Notes: a model not told the origin generated them from the letters alone. DNA of 64,000 nucleotides from Burkholderiales bacterium (GCA_036555615.1 DATBKZ010000043.1:16596-80595), one strand, 5' to 3'; positions 20,986 to 31,839 are shown, counted from the stretch's first letter. Numbers and translations are program-made.

Positions 20986-21543
20986 TCACGACGGGCGGTT
21001 CGAGAGCGTCGTTCGTCCGAGCGGCATCTCAACCCGCACGACGCGCGGATCGCTCTCTTCCGGACGCGTGCTGAAGCCGAGCCTTGCCGCGAGCTCCAGC
21101 ATCTTCCGATTGCTCGCCAACACCTCTCCGTGCATTTCTCGCATGCCCCGGCTGCGCGCTGCGGCCATCAGCGCATGCATGAGGCGCGATCCGAGCCCCT
21201 TGCGTTGCCAGTCATCGGCGACCGCGATCGCGAACTCGCACGTGTCGCCATCGGTTTCGGCGACATAACGCGCAACGCCAATCTGGATTTCCCGTCCCCC
21301 GCGCTCGGTAACGGCGACGAGCGCCAAGTGCCGGTCGTAATCGACGTGCGTGAGATGCAAGAGCATCCGGGGCGAGAGCTGCCGGACGCTATCGCGAAAC
21401 CGGAAATAGCGCGATTCATCGGAGAGGTTGCGCACGAACTCCTGCTCGATATCCCCGTCCTCCGGGCGTATGGGGCGGATGATGACAACCGTCCCGTCGC
21501 CAAGCGTCAGCCGTTGGACCAGATGAGTCGGGTAGGGTTGCAT
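20986..21543 (-). CDS. GNAT-family N-acetyltransferase (resembles the Pat C-terminal acetyltransferase domain)
   Basis: 185 aa with the acetyl-CoA motif WQRKGLGSRLMHALMAAA and a RYFRF segment typical of protein-lysine acetyltransferase GNAT domains. Confidence 0.75.
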   Translation of the reverse strand: MQPYPTHLVQRLTLGDGTVVIIRPIRPEDGDIEQEFVRNLSDESRYFRFRDSVRQLSPRMLLHLTHVDYDRHLALVAVTERGGREIQIGVARYVAETDGDTCEFAIAVADDWQRKGLGSRLMHALMAAARSRGMREMHGEVLASNRKMLELAARLGFSTRPEESDPRVVRVEMPLGRTTLSNRPS

Positions 21544-21602
21544 GGTCTGGGCGGGGTGAACCCGGCAGCGCTTGAGGGAGGGCGGCTGCCATTATAATTA
21601 CC

Positions 21603-21675
21603 GTTAAAGCCGGACGCTGCGCGCCGGTCTAACTCCGCGCGTTCGAGCGGTCGCATCGCGCCGCTCAACGCGCGG
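21603..21675. repeat. REP-like bipartite palindromic element, copy B1
   Basis: GTTAAAGCCGG...CGCGCCGGTCTAACTCCGCGCGTTCGAGCG...CCGCTCAACGCGCGG. Confidence 0.75.
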
Positions 21676-21744
21676 GCTGCGGACGCTAAGCGCCGGTTTA
21701 ACTCCGCGCGTTCGAACGTGTGCGTTGCACCGCTCAACGCGCGG
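21676..21744. repeat. REP-like element, copy B2 (tandem with B1, left arm of hairpin 1 missing)
   Basis: ...GCGCCGGTTTAACTCCGCGCGTTCGAACG...CCGCTCAACGCGCGG. Confidence 0.75.
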
Positions 21745-21771
21745 ATCGCGAATCATCGCATCCGACATATC

Positions 21772-22698
21772 GTGTCCTCCATTGCCTACATAACCCATCC
21801 TGACTGCCGGCTGCACGACATGGGTGCCCAGCACCCCGAGTGCCCGGCGCGGCTCGGGGCCATCGAAGACCAGCTGGTTGCTTCGGGACTGATCCAGTTC
21901 TTGCGGCATGTCGAAGCGCCGCTTGCGATTCGGGCGCAACTCGAGCGCGTGCACGCCCCGGGGTATATCACCGCGCTGGAACAGGCCGCGCCGGAAAAAG
22001 GGCTGATCCATCTCGATCCCGACACCGCGATGAACCCGCATACCCTCAAGGCAGCTCTGCGAGCGGCGGGCGCGGCTGTGCTGGGGACAGAGATGGTGCT
22101 CCAGGGTGAAGTGGAGAGCGCATTTTGCAGCGTGCGGCCGCCCGGGCATCACGCCTGCCGCGCCCGCGCCATGGGGTTCTGTCTGTTCAACAACGTTGCC
22201 GTGGCCGCGGCGCACGCGCTGGAGACCCATGGCTTGAAGCGGGTTGCCATTGTCGATTTCGACGTCCATCACGGCAATGGCACGGAGGAGATCTTTCGCG
22301 ACGATCCGCGCGTCATGATGGTATCGACGTTTCAGCACCCGTTCTACCCCTATAGCGGGGTGGAAGGGCGCTCGGAGCGCATGGTGAATGTTCCGCTCGC
22401 CGCGTACGGCGGGAGCGCGGAATTCCGCAGTGCAGTCGAGCAGCACTGGTTGCCGGCGCTTGCTGCCTTCAGGCCCGAGATGTTATTCGTATCTGCCGGC
22501 TTCGACGGGCACCGCGAAGACGATATGGCCATGCTCAAGCTGGTGGACGCGGACTACGCGTGGGTCACGGAACGGATCAAGGAGGCTGCCGGGACATTCG
22601 CGGGTGGCCGCATCGTTTCCACGCTGGAGGGCGGTTACGCGTTGCACGCGTTAGGCCGGTGCGCGGCGGCGCATCTCAAGGTGCTCGGCGGCTTCTAG
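21772..22698 (+). CDS. Histone deacetylase-family (class II HDAC / acetoin-utilization type) deacetylase
   Basis: RPPGHHA, DFDVHHGNGT and GGYAL motifs. GTG 21772 (VSSIAYITHP) was chosen because the longer ORF start at 21718 lies inside repeat B2. Confidence 0.85.
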   Translation: MSSIAYITHPDCRLHDMGAQHPECPARLGAIEDQLVASGLIQFLRHVEAPLAIRAQLERVHAPGYITALEQAAPEKGLIHLDPDTAMNPHTLKAALRAAGAAVLGTEMVLQGEVESAFCSVRPPGHHACRARAMGFCLFNNVAVAAAHALETHGLKRVAIVDFDVHHGNGTEEIFRDDPRVMMVSTFQHPFYPYSGVEGRSERMVNVPLAAYGGSAEFRSAVEQHWLPALAAFRPEMLFVSAGFDGHREDDMAMLKLVDADYAWVTERIKEAAGTFAGGRIVSTLEGGYALHALGRCAAAHLKVLGGF

Positions 22699-22916
22699 CG
22701 CACCCCGGGTTCCGTGGGTAACTGTAAGGAGCTGATTAATAGCGAGAATCAACCGTTGCCTCTGTTCAGTGCCCAGGGCGCGGGGGTAGCCATCAATTCC
22801 GTTGATTTTGCGGCTTTTTACATCGGATTTTGGTGTCGCCGACGCTAACATGGGAGCACGCTGGACTCGGGTATGCCGACTTCCGACATGCCTATTCGGT
22901 CCGCAGGGGAGTGGGC

Positions 22917-25900
22917 GTGAAGAACAACAGCGCGAGCGAGAAGACGACGCATCAGGCGCAGCAGAGGCCGCAGCGGACCCCGTCGCGGCCGCCGGCACAG
23001 GACTTCGTCGAACGCAGCCGCATATGGCAAGCGCTGCTCGAGAGCGAAGACCGCTATCGGGCCGCCTTCAACCACGCGCCGGTCGGCATCATGCACACCA
23101 GCATCGATGACGACAGGATACTGCGCGTGAACGCGCGGCTGGCGGAGATGCTGGGTTACACAGAGGGCGAGCTGCTGGGCATGTCGACGGCCGAGCTCCG
23201 CCACCCCGACGACCCCGGCGGCAATCGCCACCGCAACCGCGCAAAAGCGCTGAACGGCGAAATCGACACTTACTCGTCGGAGCGGCTATTCAAGCACAAG
23301 GACGGTTCGCCGCTCTGGGTCCATCGCACCGTTTCACTGGCGCGCGACGTGTCCGGCAGGCCGCTCTATTTCATCGGCCTCATCATGGACGTGAGCCGGC
23401 GCAAGGAGGCCGAGGAAGTCGCTGCGCGCGAGCGGGCCCTGCTGCGCACGATCATCGACTCGCTCCCTGATTATATTTACGTCAAGGACACCGCCGGCCG
23501 GTTCCAGCTCGGTAATGCAGCCTGGCTGAAAGCTCGCGGGCGCATTGCCGATGAGGTGATCGGAAAGTCGGTATTCGAGCTGTTCGCTAGGGATCTGGCG
23601 GTAAGCCTGGCTGCCGAAGACCAGGCCATCGTCGACTCGGGAACGCCTCTGCTTGACGTCGAGCAGAGGGTGGTCGTGCGGGGGCGGGACGGAAGGCTGG
23701 GCGAGGAGCGCTGGTCGTCCAAGACCAAGGTGCCGATGCGCGACGCCGACGGCAACGTGACTGGCATCGTCGGCATCAGTCGTGATATCACGGAGCGCGC
23801 GGTATCGGCACGCCGGCGCGAGATGGAGCACGCCGTGACCCAGGTCCTTGCTGAGTCGGCCACCGTGGATGAAGCGATCCCGCGGCTGCTGCGCACGATC
23901 TGCCAGGCGATGAGCTGGGCTTACGGCGCCCGCTGGGTGGGCACGCACGAGGGCATTTACCGCGCCGAGTACTGGGCTGACTTCGAGCCGGAATTCGATC
24001 TCGCCGACGGGGCGCTCTGGCGCAGACAGGGCGTCGAAGGATCCATGGTGCTGTTGCACCGCGCCTGGCAGCGCAAGGAACCGACCTGGATCGTCGATTT
24101 GGCGCACCATGAGACTTTCCGGCGCGCGATGAGCGCGCGCAAGTTCGGCCTGCACGGCGCGTTTGCGTTTCCCATCACCGCGGGCGGAACGGTCATCGGC
24201 GTAATGGAGTTCTTTGGCCGGGAGGCGCGCCAGCCCGATGAGATGCTTCTGAGCGTGGCGCGTGCCATTGGCAGCCAGATCGGCCAGTTCATCCAGCGCA
24301 AGGAAGCGGAGCTTGCGTTGCGCCGGAGCGAGGAACGCTACCGCGACGTGTTCGAGGCGAGCCCCCTGCCAATGTGGGTCTGGGACGACGAGAAGCTCGC
24401 CTTCCTGGCGGTCAACGAGGCTGCGGTGAGCCATTACGGATACACACGGGACGAGTTTCTGCGGATGAACGTGCGCGACATCTGGGCGCCGGGGGAGGAG
24501 GTGCGTTACGAAGAAAGCCTGCGCGGGCGCTCACAGGCGCACACCCTGCATCTCCAGCGCAATCACCGCACCAAGGACGGGCGGATCATCGACGTGGAGG
24601 TCACGGCGCGGCGCTTCACGCTTGGCGGGAGCACGACCTGGCTGACGCTGGTCAACGACGTCACCGAGCGCAAGCGTGCGGAAGCGGCGCTGCTGGAGAG
24701 CGAGGAGCAGTTCCGCCAGCTTGCGGGCAACATCCCCGAGGTGTTCTGGATCACTGATGTCACGCAGCGGGAGGCGCTCTACATCAGCCCGGCCGCGGAG
24801 AAGCTGCTCGGGTGGCCCATTCCCCTTCTCCGCGCCCGCCCGCGGCTGCTGATCGAGGCCATTCACAAGGAAGACCGCCGGCGCGTCCGGGATGGACGGA
24901 GATTCGCCAGGGACGGGGGATACGACGAAACCTACCGCATCGTCCGGGCAGACGGCTCGATGCGCTGGGTGCGGGACCGGGCATTTCCAGTGTATGACGC
25001 GTCGGGCACGGTTTATCGCATTGCCGGCATCACGGAGGACATCACCGATCGCAAGGAGGCGGAGGAGCGCCTCATGCATCTGGCGCATTACGACGTGCTG
25101 ACCAGCCTGCCGAACCGGGTGCTGTTTTACGACCGGCTGAAGCAGGCGCTCGCCCAGGCCAAGCGCAACCAGTGGGTTACCGGCGTGATGTTCATCGATC
25201 TCGATCGCTTCAAGAACGTGAACGACACGCTCGGGCACGCGGTGGGCGACAGGCTCCTGCAGCAGGTTTCCGAGCGGCTGGTGGCATCCGTGCGCACCGG
25301 CGATACGGTAGGGCGCCTAGGCGGCGACGAGTTCGCGATCGTGCTCCTCAACTTGACCAACGCGCAGGACGCGAATCTGGTCGCGCAGAAGATCATGGCA
25401 AGCTTCAAGGAGCCGTTCCGCTTGACCGGCGTCGAGCTCTTCGTGACGGCGAGCATCGGCATCACGTTGTATCCCGATGACAGCACGGATCAGGAGACCT
25501 TGATCAAGAATGCGGACGCCGCGATGTACCGGGCCAAGGAGGTGGGGCGCAACAGCTGCCGCTTCTATGCTCCGGAGATGAACGCGCGGGCGCTCGAGCT
25601 TCTGAGCATGGAAAACAGCCTGCGGCGCGCGCTTGAGCGCAATGAGTTCGTGCTCTATTACCAGCCCAAGGCGAGCGTCGCGGACGGGAGCATCGTCGGC
25701 GTCGAGGCGCTGCTGCGCTGGCAGCATCCGGACCGCGGCCTAATCTCGCCCGAAGAGTTCATGTCCGTCCTGGAAGAGACCGGCCTGATCGTTCCGGTCG
25801 GTGAATGGGTCTTGAGAACGGTGTGCGATCAGATCCGGGCCTGGCAGCGCGCGGGAATCGAGCTGGTGCCAGTCGCCGTGAACTGCTCGCCGCGCCAGTT

Positions 25901-26387
25901 TGCCACGAGGGATTTCGGCGACACGATCAAGCGCACCCTCGATGAACGACAGGTCGATCCGAGGCTGATCGAGGTCGAGATCACGGAAAACTCGCTGATG
26001 AGCAATCTCGAGGAGACGCAGCTCATTCTCAACTACGTGGGCGAGCTCGGGGTCGGCCTGTCCATCGACGATTTCGGCACCGGCTATTCGAGCCTGGCCT
26101 ATCTCAAGCGCTTCCCGTTCGATGCGCTCAAGGTGGACCGTTCATTCGTGAAGGACCTCACCACCGATGCGGACGATGCCACCATCACCCGCGCGCTGAT
26201 CTCGATGGCGCATAACCTGGGGCTGAAGGTGGTCGCGGAAGGGGTGGAAACCGCGGCGCAGCTTGCATTTCTCGTCGAGCACGGCTGCGACGAGTTCCAG
26301 GGATTCTATTTCTCGCGCCCCCTCATTGCCGAAGAATGCGGCGCCTGGCTCAGGGACCGGCGCACGCTCGTGCGACCGCGGGGCTGA
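22917..26387 (+). CDS. PAS-PAS-GAF-PAS-PAS-GGDEF-EAL signalling protein (c-di-GMP turnover)
   Basis: Intact GGDEF ([11 protein letters not shown]) and EAL ([12 protein letters not shown]...EVEITE...[10 protein letters not shown]) motifs, with multiple PAS/PAC repeats and a GAF-like block. The start is uncertain: GTG 22917 or 22911 after AGGGGA, with an ORF maximum at 22830. Confidence 0.85.
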   Translation: MKNNSASEKTTHQAQQRPQRTPSRPPAQDFVERSRIWQALLESEDRYRAAFNHAPVGIMHTSIDDDRILRVNARLAEMLGYTEGELLGMSTAELRHPDDPGGNRHRNRAKALNGEIDTYSSERLFKHKDGSPLWVHRTVSLARDVSGRPLYFIGLIMDVSRRKEAEEVAARERALLRTIIDSLPDYIYVKDTAGRFQLGNAAWLKARGRIADEVIGKSVFELFARDLAVSLAAEDQAIVDSGTPLLDVEQRVVVRGRDGRLGEERWSSKTKVPMRDADGNVTGIVGISRDITERAVSARRREMEHAVTQVLAESATVDEAIPRLLRTICQAMSWAYGARWVGTHEGIYRAEYWADFEPEFDLADGALWRRQGVEGSMVLLHRAWQRKEPTWIVDLAHHETFRRAMSARKFGLHGAFAFPITAGGTVIGVMEFFGREARQPDEMLLSVARAIGSQIGQFIQRKEAELALRRSEERYRDVFEASPLPMWVWDDEKLAFLAVNEAAVSHYGYTRDEFLRMNVRDIWAPGEEVRYEESLRGRSQAHTLHLQRNHRTKDGRIIDVEVTARRFTLGGSTTWLTLVNDVTERKRAEAALLESEEQFRQLAGNIPEVFWITDVTQREALYISPAAEKLLGWPIPLLRARPRLLIEAIHKEDRRRVRDGRRFARDGGYDETYRIVRADGSMRWVRDRAFPVYDASGTVYRIAGITEDITDRKEAEERLMHLAHYDVLTSLPNRVLFYDRLKQALAQAKRNQWVTGVMFIDLDRFKNVNDTLGHAVGDRLLQQVSERLVASVRTGDTVGRLGGDEFAIVLLNLTNAQDANLVAQKIMASFKEPFRLTGVELFVTASIGITLYPDDSTDQETLIKNADAAMYRAKEVGRNSCRFYAPEMNARALELLSMENSLRRALERNEFVLYYQPKASVADGSIVGVEALLRWQHPDRGLISPEEFMSVLEETGLIVPVGEWVLRTVCDQIRAWQRAGIELVPVAVNCSPRQFATRDFGDTIKRTLDERQVDPRLIEVEITENSLMSNLEETQLILNYVGELGVGLSIDDFGTGYSSLAYLKRFPFDALKVDRSFVKDLTTDADDATITRALISMAHNLGLKVVAEGVETAAQLAFLVEHGCDEFQGFYFSRPLIAEECGAWLRDRRTLVRPRG

Positions 26388-26415
26388 CCCCGCTCCGGCG
26401 CGGTCGGACGCCCGA

Positions 26416-26784
26416 TCAGGCTGTCAGTATTGCCGCCGCCACCCTGCGCCCCTCGGTCGCGAGGATGTTGTAGGTCCGGCATGCCGCGTGGCTGTCCATG
26501 ATCTCCACTCCGACGCCGGTAGCAGCAAGCGCGCGCGCGAGCGCCGGTGGTGGAAAGCGTTGCGCCGCGCCCGTTCCCAGAATCACGATCTCAGGCTTGA
26601 GCCGCTCGATGAAGCCGAAATCCGCCACCGTCAGCGCGTCAAAGCCGCTCACCTGCCATTCGATGACCGCCTGCGGGCTGACCACCACGCATTTTTCGTA
26701 GCGCACGTGGTTAACGGCCACGAATCCCGTGCCGTAACCGGAGAACAAGTGCAGGCCCGCAGCCTGCTCCAGGTGCAATTTCAT
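26416..26784 (-). CDS. Mth938-like domain protein (DUF498 / NDUFAF3-like)
   Basis: 122 aa. [15 protein letters not shown]...[19 protein letters not shown] is typical of this family. Confidence 0.7.
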   Translation of the reverse strand: MKLHLEQAAGLHLFSGYGTGFVAVNHVRYEKCVVVSPQAVIEWQVSGFDALTVADFGFIERLKPEIVILGTGAAQRFPPPALARALAATGVGVEIMDSHAACRTYNILATEGRRVAAAILTA

Positions 26785-26856
26785 AAGCCACTGATTTGCT
26801 TAAGGTTACTCGCTTCGCTAGAATATCACGCTTTTGCGCCTCGACTGGCAGTACCC

Positions 26857-28041
26857 ATGGAAGAATTTGCCCGCATCAAGCGCCTGCCGCCGTACGTCTT
26901 CAATGTCACCGGCGAGCTCAAGCTCGCCGCCCGCCGGCGGGGCGAGGACATCATCGACTTCAGCATGGGCAATCCCGATCAGCCCACGCCGCGCCACATC
27001 GTGGAGAAGCTGATCGAGACCGTGCAGCGCCCCGACACCCATCGCTACTCGGTGTCGAAGGGCATCGTGCGGCTGCGGCGCGCGATCTGCAACTGGTATC
27101 GGGCGCGCTACGGCGTCGAGCTCGATCCCGACTCGGAGGCAATCGTCACCATCGGCTCGAAGGAGGGCATCGCACACCTCGCGCTCGCCACTCTCGACAC
27201 CGGCGACACGGTGCTGGTGCCCAATCCGAGCTATCCGATCCACATCTACGGTCCGGTCATCTCCGGCGCTGACATCCGGCACGTGCCGATGACGCCCGAA
27301 GCCGATTTCTTCGAGGCGCTGGAGCGCGCGTTCAAGGACACGTACCCCAAGCCCAAGATGCTGATCGTCAATTTTCCGAGCAACCCGACGACGCAGTGCG
27401 TGGAGCTGCCGTTCTTCGAGCGACTCGTCGGGCTTGCGCGGGAGCACCACGTCTACATCGTCCACGATCTCGCATACGCGGACATCGTGTTCGACGGCTA
27501 CCAGGCGCCGTCCATTCTGCAGGTGCCCGGTGCGCGCGAGATCGCGGTGGAGTTCTTCACCATGTCGAAGAGCTACAACATGGCCGGCTGGCGCGTGGGC
27601 TACATGGTCGGCAACCGGGAGCTCGTCACGGCGCTCGCGCGCATGAAGAGCTACCACGACTACGGCACCTTCACCCCCATCCAGGTTGCCTCCATCATCG
27701 CGCTGGAGGGCCCGCAGGATTGCGTCGAGGCCGTGCGCCGGGTCTATCAGGGGCGCCGCGATGTGCTGTGCAGCGGCATGAAGGCGATCGGGTGGAACGT
27801 CGAGGTGCCGAAGGCGACGATGTATGTCTGGGCACCGATTCCGGAGCCCTATCGCAATCTCGGCTCGCTCGAGTTTTCGAAGAAGCTTCTGGGCGACGCC
27901 AAGATCGCGGTCGCACCTGGCGTCGGCTTCGGCCAGTACGGCGACGGCCATGTCCGGTTCGCACTGATCGAGAACGAGGCGCGCACCCGCCAGGCGCTGC
28001 GCGGCATCAAGGAAATGTTCCGGAAGGACGGCTTGTCATGA
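26857..28041 (+). CDS. PLP-dependent aminotransferase, class I/II (AlaC-like)
   Basis: [16 protein letters not shown]..., NPSYPIH, and the PLP lysine context [19 protein letters not shown] 26857 was chosen; the 5' extension to 26263 was rejected. Confidence 0.88.
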   Translation: MEEFARIKRLPPYVFNVTGELKLAARRRGEDIIDFSMGNPDQPTPRHIVEKLIETVQRPDTHRYSVSKGIVRLRRAICNWYRARYGVELDPDSEAIVTIGSKEGIAHLALATLDTGDTVLVPNPSYPIHIYGPVISGADIRHVPMTPEADFFEALERAFKDTYPKPKMLIVNFPSNPTTQCVELPFFERLVGLAREHHVYIVHDLAYADIVFDGYQAPSILQVPGAREIAVEFFTMSKSYNMAGWRVGYMVGNRELVTALARMKSYHDYGTFTPIQVASIIALEGPQDCVEAVRRVYQGRRDVLCSGMKAIGWNVEVPKATMYVWAPIPEPYRNLGSLEFSKKLLGDAKIAVAPGVGFGQYGDGHVRFALIENEARTRQALRGIKEMFRKDGLS

Positions 28042-29351
28042 GGCCGATCAACGTCGGGTTGCTGGGTATCGGCACCGTGGGCGGCGGCACGTTCACGGTT
28101 CTCGAGCGCAACCGCGAGGAGATTTCGCGCCGCGCCGGCTGCACCATCACCATGAAAATGGTCGCCGACAAGGAAGTGGACAAGGCGCGCCGCCTCGTCG
28201 GCGCACGCGCGACCGTGACCGCCGATGCGCTGGAGGTCGTCAGCCACCCCGACATCGACATCGTGGTCGAGCTGATCGGAGGGACCACGGTTGCCAAGGA
28301 TCTGATCCTCCGTGCCATCGCCAACGGAAAGCACATCGTTACCGCCAACAAGGCGCTCCTTGCGCGGCACGGCAACGAGATCTTCGCCGCGGCCCAGAAG
28401 AAGGATGTGATGGTGGCGTTCGAGGCGGCGGTAGGCGGCGGCATTCCCATCATCAAGTCCTTGCGCGAGGGACTTTCGGCCAACCGGATCGAGTGGATCG
28501 CCGGCATCGTCAATGGCACCTGCAACTTCATCCTGTCGGAGATGCGCGAGCGCGGCGCGAGCTTCGAGGACGTGCTCAAGGAGGCGCAACGCCGCGGCTA
28601 CGCCGAGGCCGATCCCACCTTCGACATTGAAGGCGTGGATGCGGCGCACAAGACGACCATCATGGCGGCGATCGGCTTCGGCATCCCGATGCGATTCGAG
28701 TCCGCCTACGTCGAGGGCATCGCCGGCCTCAAGCAGGAGGACATTCGCTACGCCGAAGAGCTTGGCTATCGCATCAAGCTGCTCGGCATTGCGCGGCGCA
28801 GGCCGAAGGGGATCGAGCTCCGCGTCCATCCGGCGCTCGTCCCCGCGCGGCGCCTGATCGCCAGCGTGGAAGGCGTGATGAACGCCATCCTGGTGAAGGG
28901 GGATGCGGTCGGCCAGACCATGTATTACGGGGCCGGGGCGGGGGCGGAGCCGACCGCTTCCGCTGTGATCGCTGACTTGGTGGACGTTGCGCGCATGCTC
29001 ACCGCGGACCCCGAGCATCGTGTTCCGCACTTTGCTTTCCAGCCCGGACAGCTGGCCGCTACGCCAATCCTGCCCATGGGCGATGTCGAGACGCGTTATT
29101 ACCTGCGGATGAAGGTGCATGACAAGCCGGGCGTGCTGGCGGACATCACGCGCGTCCTCGCGGACCTCCGGATCTCGATCGAGGCGATGGTGCAGAAGGA
29201 GCCGCGCGCGGGCGAGGCAGAGGTGGACATCATCATGCTCACCCATATGACCGTCGAGAAGAACGTGGACGCGGCAATCGCCAGGATCGAGAAACTGCCG
29301 GTCGTGGTCGGCAAGGTGACTCGCGTCCGCCTGGAAGAGCTGAACTCATGA
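28038..29351 (+). CDS. hom: Homoserine dehydrogenase
   Basis: [12 protein letters not shown] (NAD motif), a catalytic domain and a C-terminal ACT domain. It has an ATGA overlap with the aminotransferase stop. Confidence 0.92.
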   Translation: MRPINVGLLGIGTVGGGTFTVLERNREEISRRAGCTITMKMVADKEVDKARRLVGARATVTADALEVVSHPDIDIVVELIGGTTVAKDLILRAIANGKHIVTANKALLARHGNEIFAAAQKKDVMVAFEAAVGGGIPIIKSLREGLSANRIEWIAGIVNGTCNFILSEMRERGASFEDVLKEAQRRGYAEADPTFDIEGVDAAHKTTIMAAIGFGIPMRFESAYVEGIAGLKQEDIRYAEELGYRIKLLGIARRRPKGIELRVHPALVPARRLIASVEGVMNAILVKGDAVGQTMYYGAGAGAEPTASAVIADLVDVARMLTADPEHRVPHFAFQPGQLAATPILPMGDVETRYYLRMKVHDKPGVLADITRVLADLRISIEAMVQKEPRAGEAEVDIIMLTHMTVEKNVDAAIARIEKLPVVVGKVTRVRLEELNS

Positions 29352-29391
29352 CGTTCCTCGCCCATCGCCGGTCGCTCGTCGCGCTCTCCTG

Positions 29392-30513
29392 ATGGCGCAT
29401 TACACCGGACTGATCGACAAATACCGCGACCGGCTGCCGGTCGCGCCGGATACCCGCGCCATCTCGCTCAACGAGGGCGCGACGCCGTTGATCGAGTTGC
29501 GGAACGTGCCTTCGTTGCTGCGCAGGAAGGTCAGCCTCTACGCCAAGTTCGAGGGCGCGAACCCCACCGGCTCGTTCAAGGACCGCGGGATGACCATGGC
29601 GGTCACGCAGGCGGTCGAGGAGGGCGCGCGCGCGATCATCTGCGCCTCCACCGGCAACACGTCTGCATCCGCCGCCGCCTATGCCGCGCGCGCCGGCATC
29701 GCCTGCTTCGTGCTGATTCCCGAGGGCAAGATCGCGCTCGGCAAGCTCTCGCAGGCGATGATGCACGGCTCGGTCGTGATCCAGATCCGCGGCAACTTCG
29801 ACGAAGGCATGCGCCTGGTGCAGGACGTCGCCGGGACACTGCCGGTCAAGATCGTCAACTCGATCAATCCCTACCGCATCCAGGGGCAGAAGACCGTGGC
29901 GTTCGAGGTGATCGAGGCGCTGGGCGAGGCGCCCGACTACCATGCGCTGCCGGTGGGCAATGCCGGCAACATCACCGCCCACTGGATCGGCTATTCGGAG
30001 GCGGCCGGGGAGAGCACCCAGGCACTCAAGCCGGACGCGACCATGCGCAAGTACCGGACGCAGAAGACCCTCGATCGCCGCCCGATCATGCTGGGTTACC
30101 AGGCCTCGGGAGCCGCCCCGATCGTGCATGGCCGGCCGGTCGAGAATCCCGAAACCGTGGCCACGGCGATCCGCATCGGCAATCCGGTGTCATGGCAGCA
30201 AGCGGTGGCGGCGGGCCATGAATCCGGCGGATGGTTCGCCGCGTGCGCCGACGAGGAAATCTTGCACGTGCAGAAGATGCTGGCGCAGGCCGAGGGCGTG
30301 TTCTGCGAGCCGGCATCCGCCATCGCTCTCGCCGGCGTCCTGAAGGACCTCGAGCTCGGGCGGATCGGCGCGGGTGCCACGATCGTCTGCACCCTGACCG
30401 GGCACGGGCTGAAGGATCCCGACGTTGCGATCGCGCAGAGCGCGAAGCCGGTTACCGCCGATGCAGAACTCAAGGCTATCGAGCGGGTGATCCGGGAGCG
30501 CCTCAAGACCTAG
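29392..30513 (+). CDS. thrC: Threonine synthase (short type)
   Basis: The PLP lysine motif NPTGSFKDRGMT and hom-thrC synteny. Confidence 0.9.
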   Translation: MAHYTGLIDKYRDRLPVAPDTRAISLNEGATPLIELRNVPSLLRRKVSLYAKFEGANPTGSFKDRGMTMAVTQAVEEGARAIICASTGNTSASAAAYAARAGIACFVLIPEGKIALGKLSQAMMHGSVVIQIRGNFDEGMRLVQDVAGTLPVKIVNSINPYRIQGQKTVAFEVIEALGEAPDYHALPVGNAGNITAHWIGYSEAAGESTQALKPDATMRKYRTQKTLDRRPIMLGYQASGAAPIVHGRPVENPETVATAIRIGNPVSWQQAVAAGHESGGWFAACADEEILHVQKMLAQAEGVFCEPASAIALAGVLKDLELGRIGAGATIVCTLTGHGLKDPDVAIAQSAKPVTADAELKAIERVIRERLKT

Positions 30514-30671
30514 GGCGCCCGCGCAGAAACGATGGGGGATCGGGGTGCCCCGCCCGCTGGGTCCGGCAGGAATATTGAAAGGCAACAATGTCCGGGGCAC
30601 AATGCCGGCTCTTAAACGGCCGACCGGAATTCACCGGGGATCCTATCCAGCCTTCAGGGACGGTTTTCGAC

Positions 30672-31064
30672 ATGGCATCGCCGAATCCAGAGACCGAAAG
30701 ACACGTCGTATTGCGCACGCGGGTGGCCGAGGGTTATGAACTCACCCAGCTTGAGCTCAAGCGCCTGCAGCGCGTGTTTACGGACTGGTTCCCGGGCGCG
30801 GTATACACGGACCTGACCCGTGACACGGTGCGAATTGACGTCGTGGTGAGAAAAGGCCGCCTCAGCGGCCAGAGCGTGTACAACGCCTCGTTCGTCAACC
30901 GGGAAGGCTCGGTGGTCAAGAATGCGGATTACGACGAGGACCGCATTACCGGAAAAGTCTGCGCCAACTACGACCCCCGGCGCAGCGGGTATTTCGGCAA
31001 GAAGGACGGCTTCGATTACCGGACCGTGTCCTATACTCTGAGGCCGATGCCCAACCCCCGTTAA
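30672..31064 (+). CDS. Hypothetical protein (no family recognised)
   Basis: 130 aa from ATG 30672 (MASPNPETERH...). It has a high third-position GC like neighbouring genes. Its stop codon lies inside repeat copy C. Confidence 0.5.
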   Translation: MASPNPETERHVVLRTRVAEGYELTQLELKRLQRVFTDWFPGAVYTDLTRDTVRIDVVVRKGRLSGQSVYNASFVNREGSVVKNADYDEDRITGKVCANYDPRRSGYFGKKDGFDYRTVSYTLRPMPNPR

Positions 31065-31134
31065 AGCCGGGCGCTTCGCGCCGGTTTAACTCCGCGCGTT
31101 GGACCGGACTGCAAAGCAGCCGGTCAACGCGCAG
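31060..31134. repeat. REP-like bipartite palindromic element, copy C
   Basis: GTTAAAGCCGGGCGCTTCGCGCCGGTTTAACTCCGCGCGTTGGACCGG...CCGGTCAACGCGCAG. The first 13 nt, CCGTTAAAGCCGG, are identical to copy B1. Confidence 0.75.
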
Positions 31135-31180
31135 TCTCAGGCAGATTCATGTGTTCCTGATTATCACCGATGGCGTCTTT

Positions 31181-31792
31181 TCAGCGACCCGTCATCGTGT
31201 TCGGCGGGCAGGCCCCGACGATCTTCTTGAGCTGCTCCTCGCGCAATGCAGGCGACGACATCTTTCGGGCCGCTTTGTCTGCGGCGGGGAAGCTTCTGGC
31301 CAGTACGGCCTGGTGGACGATATTGGCGTAGGTTCTGTCACGCAGGGCTGCCGACGACAGGCTGCCCGCAATCTCGATTGCCAGTTCGAAATCGTGCCCA
31401 TGCGCGGCTTGACTGACCAGCGCGGCATATCTGCTGTCGCGTTCGAGGCCGGAGCGAATTCTCCATGCTGCATCGTACCGGGCCCGTATCTCCACCGCCT
31501 TTCCTGCTCCATGGTCTAGACGATAGTAGCTGTCGTTCAGATACCGGATGATGTTCTGCTTCTCCTCCGGCGTTAGGCTATTCTTGAGCATGTGATTGCA
31601 GCGTGCGAGCTGGTGCTCCAGCGCAGGCAAGGATCGAACCAAGCGGTTCTCGCGGACGTAGACTTCGGAGCCATGGCAGCCCGTGCAACCCGCGTCATGC
31701 AGGCGTTTTCCGGCGGCGCTGTCGCCCGGCAGCGCGGAATGGACGTCAAGGGGCAGCAGGATGAGGAGTGATAGCCACAAAATGCGCTTCAT
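31181..31792 (-). CDS. Secreted c-type cytochrome domain protein with an uncharacterised C-terminal helical domain
   Basis: ATG 31792 follows GGAGGGAAAGC. Has a signal peptide (MKRILWLSLLILLPLDVHS) and a single CXXCH heme motif (CTGCH). The last 110 aa or so match no family I recognise. The upstream part of ORF 31181..32107 overlaps nadC and was rejected. Confidence 0.6.
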   Translation of the reverse strand: MKRILWLSLLILLPLDVHSALPGDSAAGKRLHDAGCTGCHGSEVYVRENRLVRSLPALEHQLARCNHMLKNSLTPEEKQNIIRYLNDSYYRLDHGAGKAVEIRARYDAAWRIRSGLERDSRYAALVSQAAHGHDFELAIEIAGSLSSAALRDRTYANIVHQAVLARSFPAADKAARKMSSPALREEQLKKIVGACPPNTMTGR

Positions 31793-31839
31793 GCTTTCCC
31801 TCCGACCGACCGCGCGCCCAGCCGCTGGCCTCACGCGCC

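Noticed and set aside
22792-22806. The palindrome ATCAA-ttccg-TTGAT upstream of the PAS-GGDEF-EAL gene, considered as an FNR/CRP-type box.
   Set aside because: The half-sites have the opposite polarity to the FNR consensus (TTGAT-N4-ATCAA) and the spacer is 5 nt. It could still be some operator, but I cannot support a specific call.
26263-26856. A 5' extension of the aminotransferase ORF. The equivalent extensions are 12471-12977 for the Nit hydrolase, 31793-32107 for the cytochrome c protein and 33514-34011 for the START-like protein.
   Set aside because: The extensions overlap neighbouring real genes or terminators and are low-complexity. Internal starts with Shine-Dalgarno sequences give proteins whose N-termini match family expectations.
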